Assembly (NCBI GenBank): GCA_051251915.1 | Contig: JBPOGF010000002.1 | Coordinates: 192,001 to 256,000 of the forward strand | Direction: 5' to 3' | DNA length: 64,000 nt | DNA from: Akkermansiaceae bacterium | GTDB taxonomy: Bacteria > Verrucomicrobiota > Verrucomicrobiia > Verrucomicrobiales > Akkermansiaceae | Shown: positions 49,055 to 59,129 of the stretch, in pieces | Layout: each line of letters begins with the position of its first letter | Numbering within the stretch: the first letter of the stretch is position 1 | Notes under the pieces: model-generated | Databases searched by the model: none | Told to the model about the DNA's origin: nothing | Seen by the model: the letters and a program-made list of their open reading frames with translations, nothing else | Made by a program: the position numbers and the translations under genes

Positions 49055-50425
49055 ATGCTTAAGAAAGTTCTCGTAGCAAACCGTGGAGAGATTGCTCTCC
49101 GTGTCATCAGGGCCTGCCGTGAGTTAGGCGTAGCATCAGTGGCAATCTATTCGGAAGCGGATGTGGATTCCATGCACGTTCAACTTGCGGATGAAGCCGT
49201 CTGTATTGGGCCGGGGCCTAGTAAGGACTCCTATCTGATGCCGGATCGAATCATAGCAGCCGCTGAAATCACTGAGGCGGATGCGATTCACCCAGGTTAC
49301 GGATTTCTTTCAGAGAATGCACGTTTTGTGGAGATCTGTAATAGCTGCGACATTAAATTCATTGGACCAAGAGCTGATACCATCACGATGATGGGGGATA
49401 AGAATACTGCTCGTGCTACGGCGCTTAAGAGTGGAGTTCCTGTGACTCCTGGTTCAGATGGGATTTTAGAATCTGCTGCACATGGATTAGAGCTGGCGAC
49501 TGAGATGGGTTTCCCAGTGATGATCAAAGCGACGGCTGGTGGCGGTGGTAGAGGGATGCGTCCATGCTATAAAGCTGAAGAATTCATTAGTCTGTATGAG
49601 GCTGCGAGTCAGGAGGCGATTGCTTGTTTTGGTAATGGTGAGTGTTATCTTGAGAAATTGGTGCTTAATCCGCACCACGTGGAGTTCCAGATCATGGGGG
49701 ATACTCATGGTAACTATATTCACTTGAACGAGCGTGACTGCTCGATGCAGAGGCGTAACCAGAAGATTATTGAGGAGTGTCCAAGTCCGTTGATCAACGA
49801 GGATATGCGCAAGCGCATGGGTGATGCTTCTATAAAGCTTATTACTGAGATCGGCTACGAGAACGCGGGGACGATTGAGTATTTGGTGGATTCAGCAGGT
49901 GAGAATTTTTACTTCATGGAGATGAATACTCGTATTCAAGTAGAGCATCCGATCACGGAAGAGGTGATGGGCTGTGAGCTTATTAAGGAGCAGATCAGAA
50001 TTGCCTCAGGTGAGCCAATGTCTGAGCATGTTCTGAATGCTACACCACGTGGGCATTCTATCGAGTGCCGAATTAATGCGGAAGATCCTTATAATAATTT
50101 TGCTCCAAGTCCAGGGAAGATTGATCTTTGGTATGCTCCTGGAGGAAAGGGTGTGCGTGTGGATACGCATGTCTATTCTGGGTATTCAGTTCCGCCGTAT
50201 TATGACTCAATGATTGCTAAGCTCATCTGTACGGGAGCTACCCGAGATATTGCTATCTCTAGGATGAATCGGGCGTTGAAGGAATTCATGATATCAGGGA
50301 TCAAGACTACCATTCCATTCCAGATAGAAATTATCAACCATCCTGATTTTAAGGCTGGTAAGTATAACATCGCTTGGGTCGGTGAGTATCTGGAGGAAAG
50401 AATGAAGGAGATTGGAGCCAAGTAA
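49055..50425 (+). CDS. accC: Biotin carboxylase
   Basis: ANRGEIA, HPGYGFLSEN, GGGGRGM, EMNTRIQVEH and YDSMIAKL motifs. Confidence 0.97.
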   Translation: MLKKVLVANRGEIALRVIRACRELGVASVAIYSEADVDSMHVQLADEAVCIGPGPSKDSYLMPDRIIAAAEITEADAIHPGYGFLSENARFVEICNSCDIKFIGPRADTITMMGDKNTARATALKSGVPVTPGSDGILESAAHGLELATEMGFPVMIKATAGGGGRGMRPCYKAEEFISLYEAASQEAIACFGNGECYLEKLVLNPHHVEFQIMGDTHGNYIHLNERDCSMQRRNQKIIEECPSPLINEDMRKRMGDASIKLITEIGYENAGTIEYLVDSAGENFYFMEMNTRIQVEHPITEEVMGCELIKEQIRIASGEPMSEHVLNATPRGHSIECRINAEDPYNNFAPSPGKIDLWYAPGGKGVRVDTHVYSGYSVPPYYDSMIAKLICTGATRDIAISRMNRALKEFMISGIKTTIPFQIEIINHPDFKAGKYNIAWVGEYLEERMKEIGAK

Positions 50426-50447
50426 TCAACTCTCTTACTATTTTACT

Positions 50448-50481
50448 AAAAAAGGATCACTGAATGGTGATCCTTTTTTTT
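50448..50481 (+). terminator. Intrinsic terminator of accBC
   Basis: AAAAAAGGATCAC-TGAATG-GTGATCCTTTTTTTT. Confidence 0.85.
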
Positions 50482-50585
50482 GTCTGTATGAATGGGGTAT
50501 AGTGGATTGAAATATAGGGTCCTCCGGTGATATTTGAAAAACAATCTTACTTGTTCGAGCGGGTTTGGTTGTGGTAGTTTTTGTT

Positions 50586-51500
50586 ATGATAAAATTTAGT
50601 CGGTTGCTTTGTTTGATTCTCGTTGGTTTTTGGTTGGGGACTAGTGGGGATCTTGTTGCGGAGGATTTAGGACCAGTAGTGGGGCCGGCAAAGGGTTCAT
50701 TGGTGATTATGGGTGGGGGTGGGAAGGACCGAGCATTTAGCAAGGTGTTTGCGAGGTTTGTGAAGTTAGCAGGGGGGAAGGAGGCGCGGATCGTTATTGT
50801 TCCTACAGCGGCTTCTAGTAGTGAGGGTCATGATTATGAAGGCTCTCTGGCTGAACGCTATGCTAGGTCAATGGGGGTGAAGGATGTGACTGTGGTGCAT
50901 ACTCATGATCGAAAGGAAGCTGATACGTTGAAGTTTGTGGAGCCTATCACGAAGGCAACTGGGGTATGGTTTAATGGGGGTAGGCAGTGGAGGTATGTGA
51001 AGGCTTATGGGGGAACGAAATCTGAAGTGGAGTTTCGCAAGGTGTTGGAACGAGGAGGAGCTATAGGAGGTTCCTCTGCAGGGGCTAGTATTCAGGGTTC
51101 ATTTCTCGCTAGAGGTGATACGCGTGGTAATAGGGTTATGGTGGGGGATGTACAACGTGGTTTTGGCTACATGCGGAATACGGCTATTGATCAGCATGTG
51201 GTAGCGAGGGGGAGGGAGAAAGACTTACTTAAAGTGTTAGAAGATCCATTGAAGAAAATGCAGAAGCAATATGATAGGGCCGAGATGTTAGGTATCGGTA
51301 TTGATGAGGATGTAGCAATTGTTGTTCGAGGCGACAAACTTGAGGTGATAGGAAAGAAGGGCGGTACTGTGCTGATCTTTGATCCTAAGAAGTGGGTTGA
51401 GGAAACGCCAGACGATAAGAAGTGGGAGACGTTAAAAACTGGTGAATGGTATGATCTGAGTAAGCGGGCTAGAGAGATCACCAGTGTGACATCAGATTAG
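50586..51500 (+). CDS. Exported cyanophycinase-like S51 peptidase
   Basis: Signal peptide; VPTAA, GGRQWR, GSSAGASIQG, IDQH..RGR and GIGIDE motifs. Confidence 0.88.
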   Translation: MIKFSRLLCLILVGFWLGTSGDLVAEDLGPVVGPAKGSLVIMGGGGKDRAFSKVFARFVKLAGGKEARIVIVPTAASSSEGHDYEGSLAERYARSMGVKDVTVVHTHDRKEADTLKFVEPITKATGVWFNGGRQWRYVKAYGGTKSEVEFRKVLERGGAIGGSSAGASIQGSFLARGDTRGNRVMVGDVQRGFGYMRNTAIDQHVVARGREKDLLKVLEDPLKKMQKQYDRAEMLGIGIDEDVAIVVRGDKLEVIGKKGGTVLIFDPKKWVEETPDDKKWETLKTGEWYDLSKRAREITSVTSD

Positions 51501-51539
51501 TAGTTGATGCTAACTAAGTTGTTGTTGTTAAAGGGGGGC

Positions 51540-51728
51540 TTATTCCTCGTCTTTTGATGAGCGGTTTGGTGTGACCAAGCCGACTCCTGCACCAGCGACT
51601 TTACCGGCTACGCCTACTGAGGTGGTAGCGACTTTGCCGACGACTTTGACTGGCACTGTGACTAAGGCGCATGAGCTTAGTAGAGCGGGTGAAGCGCAGA
51701 GGGTGGAGATGTAGAGCAATTTTTTCAT
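51540..51728 (-). CDS. Small lipoprotein
   Basis: LSSC lipobox; VTVPVKVVGKVA Val/Gly-rich segment. Confidence 0.75.
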   Translation of the reverse strand: MKKLLYISTLCASPALLSSCALVTVPVKVVGKVATTSVGVAGKVAGAGVGLVTPNRSSKDEE

Positions 51729-51733
51729 ATTGA

Positions 51734-52837
51734 TTACTTTCCTACGATGGCATTGATCACTCCGCGTTTGATCTTGGGCCAGGTTTTGGTGTGGAATAGG
51801 GCGATAGGCTTTTCTGTTTGCCCGTAAGTGCCATATTTAGGGTTGTAGCGTCTGCCTTTTTTGGCGGCTATGAGTGAGTTGTAGGCTTGCTTGTAGCTGT
51901 AGTTGTCGTAGTCCTTGGAGTCTTGGGTTTCTCCTAGGGAGACGAGGCCTAGTTTGGTGAATGTTGCATTGAGGGCGTCTCTGGCTGCTTGATTTCTAGG
52001 CTCTGCGAGGAATGGGAAACGGAAGTATCTGGCGCGCTCCCAGTCTGGTCGTTCCGCGAGGTATGCTTCATCTAGGCATTCCTCGATGAATTCTATGCCC
52101 ATGATGCAGATTTTGAAATAATCTGAGTCGATTCTAAATCGGCCCATGTTTTGGTGGAATGCGGTGTGGTTGTATACTTCTGCTGCGTACTCGGAATTAC
52201 CATTTGCATCTGGTGGGCATTTGACTTTGATGATGGAGCGGATGGTGGTGATGAATTCTTCACGTTTGCTTTCTAGGAGTTGTTTCGTGGCTGCTAGTCG
52301 CTTTGCTGAAGTATTGTTTCTGGAGATGATACCATTCACGCTTTTGGCGGAAACTCTGGGGACATTTGCGAAAAAGATAGAACGTGCTCCTAGTGGTGCG
52401 AGGTCGTTTACTATGTCGATGGCATTTCCTTGAGACGGGCTATCGCCTATTAATTGGTCATCAAAGGTGAGTGTGAAGCCGTAGCTTGGGAGTTTTTCAG
52501 TAGGCATGACTGTGCGTTGGACGAGCCTACGAAGGTAGAGTTTAGGGTTGTTTTGGACATTTCCGACGTCTTTTCCTTTGGTGAATAGTTCGATGTCACC
52601 TGGATCTGTTAGGTCCGCCATTCCACCGGTTGGAACGAAGATGGCAGGGGTAAGGTTTTCTTCAGCTACTTTTGTCTCATCTTCCACGGTTATCGCTTTT
52701 GGAGGAACGACCTTAGTATTTTTTTCTATGGGTGGCGTTTTTGCTGACGGCGTCTCCGTGGTGGGGGCTTGAGCTAGGGTGAAACTGTGCAGAAGACACA
52801 ATGTGGAAAGGGTAAAAAGAGTGCGAGAATAATTCAT
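51734..52837 (-). CDS. Exported polysaccharide deacetylase (NodB/CE4-like), divergent
   Basis: Signal peptide; LTFDDQ, NHTAFH, YFRFPF and LFH motifs. Confidence 0.75.
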   Translation of the reverse strand: MNYSRTLFTLSTLCLLHSFTLAQAPTTETPSAKTPPIEKNTKVVPPKAITVEDETKVAEENLTPAIFVPTGGMADLTDPGDIELFTKGKDVGNVQNNPKLYLRRLVQRTVMPTEKLPSYGFTLTFDDQLIGDSPSQGNAIDIVNDLAPLGARSIFFANVPRVSAKSVNGIISRNNTSAKRLAATKQLLESKREEFITTIRSIIKVKCPPDANGNSEYAAEVYNHTAFHQNMGRFRIDSDYFKICIMGIEFIEECLDEAYLAERPDWERARYFRFPFLAEPRNQAARDALNATFTKLGLVSLGETQDSKDYDNYSYKQAYNSLIAAKKGRRYNPKYGTYGQTEKPIALFHTKTWPKIKRGVINAIVGK

Positions 52838-52979
52838 GGAAAAGGGCTGTGGACTATGGGTTATCTAATTTAGCTGTAGTAAATTAACAGCTTCAAGTAA
52901 AGAGTCAAAGCTGTAAAGACTTCTATAGAGGAGAAGTAGAATCACCTATTGTTAGATTCGGTTGGTTAGAGGTGAGTTT

Positions 52980-53399
52980 TTATTGTTGGGGCTGGATGGA
53001 GTCTACGAAGCAGCGGTAGCGGATGTATTCTTTGGTGGCGTCAACGAGGAGGTCTAGTTTTTCTGGGTGGTTGGTGGAGATGAGTGCGTGTGAGCTCCAG
53101 ACGTCATTCGCCATGAAGAGGTTTACTTTACCGGCGTCGCCGAAATCTAGGACGTAGGCGCATTTGAGGTCAGCTCCGGGGACCATGCCGGAGATGAATC
53201 TGACGAACATGTTCATGATGGATTCCATGAAGGGCTCTTTTGCTTTGGCTACCATGCCGCCGTATTCCATGACGTCATTAATGACTTTTTCATCGACCAC
53301 AAGTTTGTAGGTGATTTTGTTAGAGGTGGATTCTGTTGCGTTGATTAGTTTCCAGCCTGGCCACTCGGGAGTGATGAATTTTGCAGGTTCTTCTTTCAT
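52980..53399 (-). CDS. Hypothetical protein
   Basis: 139-aa ORF directly downstream of recN on the same strand. Confidence 0.7.
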   Translation of the reverse strand: MKEEPAKFITPEWPGWKLINATESTSNKITYKLVVDEKVINDVMEYGGMVAKAKEPFMESIMNMFVRFISGMVPGADLKCAYVLDFGDAGKVNLFMANDVWSSHALISTNHPEKLDLLVDATKEYIRYRCFVDSIQPQQ

Positions 53400-53438
53400 G
53401 GTTGTGTCATGGTGACTAGCACGAGGAATCTCATAGGG

Positions 53439-55085
53439 CTAGTTTTTCAGTAATGATTTAGCCATGGCGACGGCTTGTTTGCCGTCTCCGCCGCCGAGCA
53501 TTCTGACGAGTTCATCGATGCGTTTGGTGCCGGTGACTTCTCGGAGGTTGGATGTGGTTCTGCCGGCGTCGACTTGTTTTTCGACGACGAAGTGTTGGCC
53601 AGCTACTGCTGCGACTTGCGGGAAGTGGGTGATGGAGATGACTTGGTGTTGCTGGCCGAGGACGGCCATTTTGTCACCTACGGCTCTGGCTATTTCTCCG
53701 CCGACGTTGGCGTCGATTTCATCGAACACCATGAGTGGGGTGGCGTCTTGGTCTGCTAGTGAGCTTTTGACTGCGAGCATGACGCGGGAGATTTCACCGC
53801 TGGAGGCGATTTGGCGGAGGGGTTTGAGTGGTTCGCCGGGGTTGGGGCCGAATTGGAAGTCTACGGTTTCAAGGCCGTTTGTGGTAGGTTTTGTGGTGGG
53901 GATGAGGCTGAGGTCAAAGGCGGCTTGTTTGAAGCCTAGTTCTTTGAGGTGTGTGGCGATGAGTTTGGCGAGTTTTGGTGCGCTTTTCTGACGGGTGGAG
54001 GTAAGTTTTTCTCCTGCGGTGAGGACTTTTCCGTGGAGGTTATCGATTTCTAGTTGGAGGTCATCGAGGACGCCGTCGCGGTTTTCGATTTCTTCTAGTC
54101 GCTGTTTGGCATCATTTCCGTGGATGATGACGGCTTCTAGTGTGGAGCCGTATTTGCGTTTGAGGGTCTCGAAGGTGTTGATGCGTTCTGAGAGTTTGTG
54201 TTCTTCTTCTGGGTCTGTGTCTAGGTCATCTGTGTAGCTGGTCATTTCTCGCTCTAGGTCTTGGAGTTCTAGTGCAGCTTGCTCTAGGCCGCTGAGTCTG
54301 TCTGCTACGGTTGGGTCTAGTTTTTGTAGTTCTTGGGCGGCGCGTAGTGCTTCTGTGAGGGCGTCATTGACGGTGTGTTCTAGGGTGCCGGCGATTTTTG
54401 AGGAGAGTTCGATGAGGCGGGCGCTGTTGGTGGCGCGTTGGAACTGGAGTTCGATGTCTTCTTCTTCATCTGGCTTGAGGTCGGCGCTGTCAATTTCTTC
54501 GACTTGGAATTTGAGGATGTCTAGTTCTTGTTCGGTGGCTCGCTCTGAGTTTCTGAGGTCTTCTAGGCGCATGGATTTCTCATGCCATTCGCTGTAGAGC
54601 TGTGCGTATGTGCTTAGTGCTTTTTCGCTATTGGCGTAGGCGTCTAGCATACTGAGCTGGCGGTCTGTGGAGAGTAGGGACTGGTGGTCGTGTGGGCCGT
54701 GGAGGTCGACTATTTCTGTGCCTAGTTTTTTGAGGACGGCTAGTGTGGCGGGGCTGTTGTTGACGAATTGCTTGGTGCTGGACTGGCCGATGACGCGTTT
54801 GATGATGAGTTGATCATCCTCGCATATGTCTAGGCCGGAGTCTTCTAGGATGTCGTTGACGATGGAGTCATTGGTGAGTGTGAAGACGGCTTCGATGGTG
54901 CAGGTGGACTCTCCGGTGCGGATGAGTCCTTTGTCTGCGCGCTCACCTAGGATGAGCTTGAGGGCGCCGACGATGACGCTTTTTCCTGCGCCAGTTTCAC
55001 CAGTGACTCCTATGAGTCCAGAGCCGAGTTGCCATGTGAGTTGGTCAACGAGGGCTAAATTTTTGATTTTCAGTAGACTAAGCAT
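53439..55085 (-). CDS. recN: DNA repair protein RecN
   Basis: TGETGAGKS, coiled coil, ASSGEISR, FDEIDA and ITHFPQVAA motifs. Confidence 0.96.
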   Translation of the reverse strand: MLSLLKIKNLALVDQLTWQLGSGLIGVTGETGAGKSVIVGALKLILGERADKGLIRTGESTCTIEAVFTLTNDSIVNDILEDSGLDICEDDQLIIKRVIGQSSTKQFVNNSPATLAVLKKLGTEIVDLHGPHDHQSLLSTDRQLSMLDAYANSEKALSTYAQLYSEWHEKSMRLEDLRNSERATEQELDILKFQVEEIDSADLKPDEEEDIELQFQRATNSARLIELSSKIAGTLEHTVNDALTEALRAAQELQKLDPTVADRLSGLEQAALELQDLEREMTSYTDDLDTDPEEEHKLSERINTFETLKRKYGSTLEAVIIHGNDAKQRLEEIENRDGVLDDLQLEIDNLHGKVLTAGEKLTSTRQKSAPKLAKLIATHLKELGFKQAAFDLSLIPTTKPTTNGLETVDFQFGPNPGEPLKPLRQIASSGEISRVMLAVKSSLADQDATPLMVFDEIDANVGGEIARAVGDKMAVLGQQHQVISITHFPQVAAVAGQHFVVEKQVDAGRTTSNLREVTGTKRIDELVRMLGGGDGKQAVAMAKSLLKN

Positions 55086-55177
55086 GTTCTGTAAGATGGT
55101 TCATTTGTGAACAAATGAACACTTAGCAAAACTTAGCTTTTTTAGCAACAGAATTGGTGAGGGAGGTGTGATTATTT

Positions 55178-57460
55178 TTACTTAGCTGGCATGAGGTCGG
55201 CTTCTGTGTATGGGGCGGTGCGGTCTTTGGTAGCTTGGCGGATGGCTTTTATTTCGTTTGCGGTGATGGTTCCGCCTTTGTTGCCTTTCATGTGCTTGAT
55301 GTAGACCATGAGGTCTGCGATCTGTTGGTCTGTGAGGTCTGGGCGGGCTGGCATGAACTGTCCTGTGGCGTATTTTTCTCCGTTGACGTGGATGGTGCCG
55401 GTGAGGCCTGTGAGGATGACTTTGGCCATGATTTCTTTGTCTGCGTTGACCCAGTTAGATGGTGCTAGTGGTGGGAGGAGTCCTTCTTGTCCTTGTCCTT
55501 CTAGGCCGTGGCATGCTGAGCAGGCGGCTGCTCCGAGGTAGAGTTTTTTGCCTTCTTGGTAGTTTTTGGCGAAGGCTTTAGGGACTGGTGGGGCTTTGAC
55601 GATGGTGACGTGTTCGCTTTTGTCGATGGCTTCTGCGAGGAGTTTTTTGAGGCCGCTGTCTTTGGCTGCTTGGTAATCTGCTGTTTTGATAACTCCTAGT
55701 CCTAGGGCTCCTACGTAGAGTGGCTTGATTTGTGGGACTTTGTTGAATTCCTTGATGGTGTCTAAGGCTTTAATGTGGCTTTTTTCTGAGGCTATTTTAG
55801 CGAGTGCGAATAGGTGTGAGTGGACGGTTTGTTTCTTAGCACGTAGGCTGAGGACTGCTGGGGCGACTTTCTGAGGGTCTGAGAGGTGGGCTAGCTCTAG
55901 GGCTGAGTTGACTACGTCTGAGTCTGTGGAGGAGAGGCTGCTGAGGATGAGGTCTGCTGGGATGTGGCCTGTGGCCTCGTATACCCAGAGGGTGTGGAGC
56001 TGCTGGAGGGCGTGCATGGAGTCGGTAGGGACTTTGAGCTTGGACCACTGGGTGAGCTGGGTGTCATCGCTGCTGGTGATGCGCTCTACGAGGAGGCGCT
56101 GGGCGGTGTCGCGGATGGTTCCATTTGGGTGGTTGAGGTGACTGCTGAGTTCTGCGATGGTGGATTTACTGAGCTGAGGGACGGCTTTGATTTTGTTTTT
56201 GTCGTAGCTGATGCGGTAAATTCTACCGTTGTTTTCTTCTGGTTTGTTAAGGCCTCTGCTTTCGTATTGTTTGCGGAGGTAGGTGGTCATGTAGGCTTTG
56301 TGCTGGAGTAGGCCGCATGACATGTCGATGAACCAGAGGGTGCCGTCTGGGGCTGTGTAGATGTTTACTGGGCGGAACCATTCGTCTGTAGAGGCAAGGA
56401 ATTCATTTTTGCCGTATGGGAAAGTGCCGCTTGGTTTGTTGGTTTCATCTCGGGTGACTTTGATGGCCTTGATGAGGTTGGCGGATGGTTCTGCGATGAA
56501 TGCGACGTCTTGGAATTCTGCTGGGAAGTTATCGCCTCGGTAGATGGTGAGGCCGCAGGCTGCGGTGCAGTTTTTGAGTGTGCCGTCTGGGTTGAGTGTG
56601 TCTTTGAGGTAGGCGCGGTTGACGCCTGGGTTGATACGTATGGAGTAGGTGGCGTTGCTGCCTACTTTGTGGTTGATTTTGTGTTTTGGGATGTAGTTTG
56701 GGTTTTGGCGGTAGAGGTTGGGCCGCATTTGGTCCCCGATGACGTAGTTGCTGTTGGTGTTGAAGAAGAGTCTTCCGGCGTTGTCTTGGGTGATGCCCCA
56801 TTGTCCTCTGAAGGCGGTTTTTTGTTTGAGCCATTTTCCGTTTACTCGACGGTAGCGGTATTCTGATTTTGCGTTGTAATACCAGTTGTCTCTGGCGAGT
56901 AGTAGGCCGTTTGGTTTGTGCTCAGCGTTTCCGCCAGCGGCGTATTCTGCATCAATGAGTTCAGGTTCGCCGATGGGCTGGAGGCCATTTTCGCCGCCTC
57001 TTTTGATGAAGAATAGCTGGTCTTGGTGGGCGTAGAGGAGGCCGTCTGAGGTGACTGCGGCGGCTCTTGGAAGGACGAGCTTGTCTAGGAAAATGGTAGT
57101 TTTGTCTAGGACACCATCGCCGGTGGAGTCTTCTAGGATTTTGATTCTTCCTGTGGGTAAGTTTTCATCTGAGCCATGGACATCGATCATGAATTGAGTC
57201 ATTTCGACGACCCATGCACGGCCATCTGCATCGAACGATAGGCATACTGGTTGGTGGACGTTTGAGTCTGCGATGTTTTTGATGGAGAAGCCGTCTGCTA
57301 GCTGGATGGTTTTGAGTGCTTGCTCAGGTGTGAGGATGGGAGCGGGTGGGATCTCGGATGCTGGGATGGGATCTACTTGTGGTTTGTTGTCCCTTTTGTC
57401 GCCTTGCTGTGCGTGGGTGGTAGAAATGCCGATGAGTGATGCTAGTAGTATGCGTTTCAT
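55178..57460 (-). CDS. PVC-type beta-propeller (dehydrogenase-like) + HEAT + cytochrome c protein
   Basis: Signal peptide; FDADGRAWVVEM, CGLTIYRGD and FRPVNIYTAPDG motifs; C-terminal CSACH. Confidence 0.85.
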   Translation of the reverse strand: MKRILLASLIGISTTHAQQGDKRDNKPQVDPIPASEIPPAPILTPEQALKTIQLADGFSIKNIADSNVHQPVCLSFDADGRAWVVEMTQFMIDVHGSDENLPTGRIKILEDSTGDGVLDKTTIFLDKLVLPRAAAVTSDGLLYAHQDQLFFIKRGGENGLQPIGEPELIDAEYAAGGNAEHKPNGLLLARDNWYYNAKSEYRYRRVNGKWLKQKTAFRGQWGITQDNAGRLFFNTNSNYVIGDQMRPNLYRQNPNYIPKHKINHKVGSNATYSIRINPGVNRAYLKDTLNPDGTLKNCTAACGLTIYRGDNFPAEFQDVAFIAEPSANLIKAIKVTRDETNKPSGTFPYGKNEFLASTDEWFRPVNIYTAPDGTLWFIDMSCGLLQHKAYMTTYLRKQYESRGLNKPEENNGRIYRISYDKNKIKAVPQLSKSTIAELSSHLNHPNGTIRDTAQRLLVERITSSDDTQLTQWSKLKVPTDSMHALQQLHTLWVYEATGHIPADLILSSLSSTDSDVVNSALELAHLSDPQKVAPAVLSLRAKKQTVHSHLFALAKIASEKSHIKALDTIKEFNKVPQIKPLYVGALGLGVIKTADYQAAKDSGLKKLLAEAIDKSEHVTIVKAPPVPKAFAKNYQEGKKLYLGAAACSACHGLEGQGQEGLLPPLAPSNWVNADKEIMAKVILTGLTGTIHVNGEKYATGQFMPARPDLTDQQIADLMVYIKHMKGNKGGTITANEIKAIRQATKDRTAPYTEADLMPAK

Positions 57461-57637
57461 GAAAGTGTTTTTTTATTGTGGGTGAAGCGCGCGGATGTGG
57501 AACGCTTCTATTGATAGTAGTTACTACTAGCACGGGGTGACGGATATTTCACTCTAAAATACTGATTGGAGCATTCCGAATAGTTTATTGACGCAATTTT
57601 TCACTGGATGTTCAGGGATTATGGGGCATGGTTTGTC

Positions 57638-58558
57638 ATGAAGAATTATTTAACGAAAGTATCCCTTGCTGCGCTGGCGGTAATGTTTCCTATCAATGTT
57701 CATGCTCAGGATACCGCGGGTGTGGTGGCTGAGCTGGAGACTAAGGTGGTGGAGAATAAGGTGGCGAGGACTGATTTCATTCGGGTGGATGAAGATGAGA
57801 AAAATGTTAGGCTTCAGACATCAGTGACGCGTTATGTGAAAGAGGGGGTGAATGTGGACTTGATAGGTGCGGTGCATGTGGCGGATGAGAAGTATTTTAC
57901 GGATCTGAATACGTTGTTCACGAAGTTTGAGGTGTTGCTTTTTGAGATGGTGGGTGGGGATAAAATGGAGCGCGGTCAAAAGTTGAATGAGGCCAAGGAG
58001 AAAGATGCGCAGTTTAGTTTTTTAGGGGCGATGTATAATACGATGCAGAGTAAGTTAGATCTGGCGGGGCAGAAAGATCATGTGGATTATAGCATGGATA
58101 ATTTTGTGCATGCGGATTTGTCTATGGAAGAATTTAACCGATTGCAGAAGGAGAAAAAGGAGTCACTTTTCAGTTTTGCGCTGAAGAGTGCGAAGGAAGC
58201 GAAAGAGGCTGAGAAGAAGGCAGCTAAGCCCGTGAAGCAGCCGAGTATGATGAAGATGTTCAAGGCGTTGGTGACAGGGAATGCGGATTTATTGAAGCTG
58301 AACATTGTGCATACGTTGGGGCAGGGAGATGATCAGATTGCGGCATTTGCGGGTCAGAGTGTGATCATTGGTGATAGGAATGAGAAGTGTTTGCGGGTGA
58401 TGAATGATCAGATTGCGGAGGGGAAAAAGAACATTGGGGTGTTTTATGGCGCGGCACATTTTCCTGATATGGAGGATAGGATGGTAAAGATGGGTTTTGA
58501 GAAGACTGATCAGTATTGGATGACTGCTTGGGATATTGATAAGGCGAAGGCGAAGTGA
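57638..58558 (+). CDS. Exported TraB/GumN-like protein
   Basis: Signal peptide (VHA-Q); GAVHVAD, DRNEKC and FYGAAHF motifs. Confidence 0.7.
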   Translation: MKNYLTKVSLAALAVMFPINVHAQDTAGVVAELETKVVENKVARTDFIRVDEDEKNVRLQTSVTRYVKEGVNVDLIGAVHVADEKYFTDLNTLFTKFEVLLFEMVGGDKMERGQKLNEAKEKDAQFSFLGAMYNTMQSKLDLAGQKDHVDYSMDNFVHADLSMEEFNRLQKEKKESLFSFALKSAKEAKEAEKKAAKPVKQPSMMKMFKALVTGNADLLKLNIVHTLGQGDDQIAAFAGQSVIIGDRNEKCLRVMNDQIAEGKKNIGVFYGAAHFPDMEDRMVKMGFEKTDQYWMTAWDIDKAKAK

Positions 58559-58568
58559 TTAGGGGTAC

Positions 58569-58605
58569 AAAAAAACGGAGACTGTGATCAGGCTCCGTTT
58601 GTTTT
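58569..58605. terminator. Bidirectional terminator between convergent genes
   Basis: AAAAAAACGGAG...CTCCGTTTGTTTT. Confidence 0.7.
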
Positions 58606-58626
58606 GATAGAGGTAAGTTTTTCTGC

Positions 58627-59004
58627 TTATCTTCTGTAGGTTACGCGGAATTTAGTGCCGCTCTTGTGATGACCGTGTGAGCTGTGTCTGCTGCTAGTAT
58701 GGCGTGAATAGTGTCTGTTATGGCTATTCGTGTGGTAGCTTCTGTGTGAGCTGTAGTGGCTGCTTGGGCGGTAGGCCTTTACTCTGCAGTTACAGTTAGA
58801 TGGGACGCTGTAGTATCTGTAAACTGGTCTGCCGTAGCGGTCGTGATTTACGAATACTTTCTTGGTGTAGATAGGGCATCCGCATGATGAGTGTCCGCTA
58901 ACGTAAGTAGTAGTTCCGTGTGAGTGTGGTCTTGCCTCTGCTGTATTTGGTGTGAATAGCACAGCTGCTGTTAATATGCTTAGGTATGTTAATAGTTTTT
59001 TCAT
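58627..59004 (-). CDS. Exported His/Ser/Arg-rich small protein with two CxC motifs
   Basis: Signal peptide (AEA-R); CGCP and CNC motifs; His-rich tail. Confidence 0.78.
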   Translation of the reverse strand: MKKLLTYLSILTAAVLFTPNTAEARPHSHGTTTYVSGHSSCGCPIYTKKVFVNHDRYGRPVYRYYSVPSNCNCRVKAYRPSSHYSSHRSYHTNSHNRHYSRHTSSRHSSHGHHKSGTKFRVTYRR

Positions 59005-59129
59005 AGTTAATTAGTTGTTGTGGTTCACTATGTTTGACCGTGGTGTTTGAGGATTTATTCATGTATTCTGAAAAAAATTAACGATCTCTCTAATTGTTTG
59101 GAGTCAGTTTGTAGGCTAAGTAGGGGATT

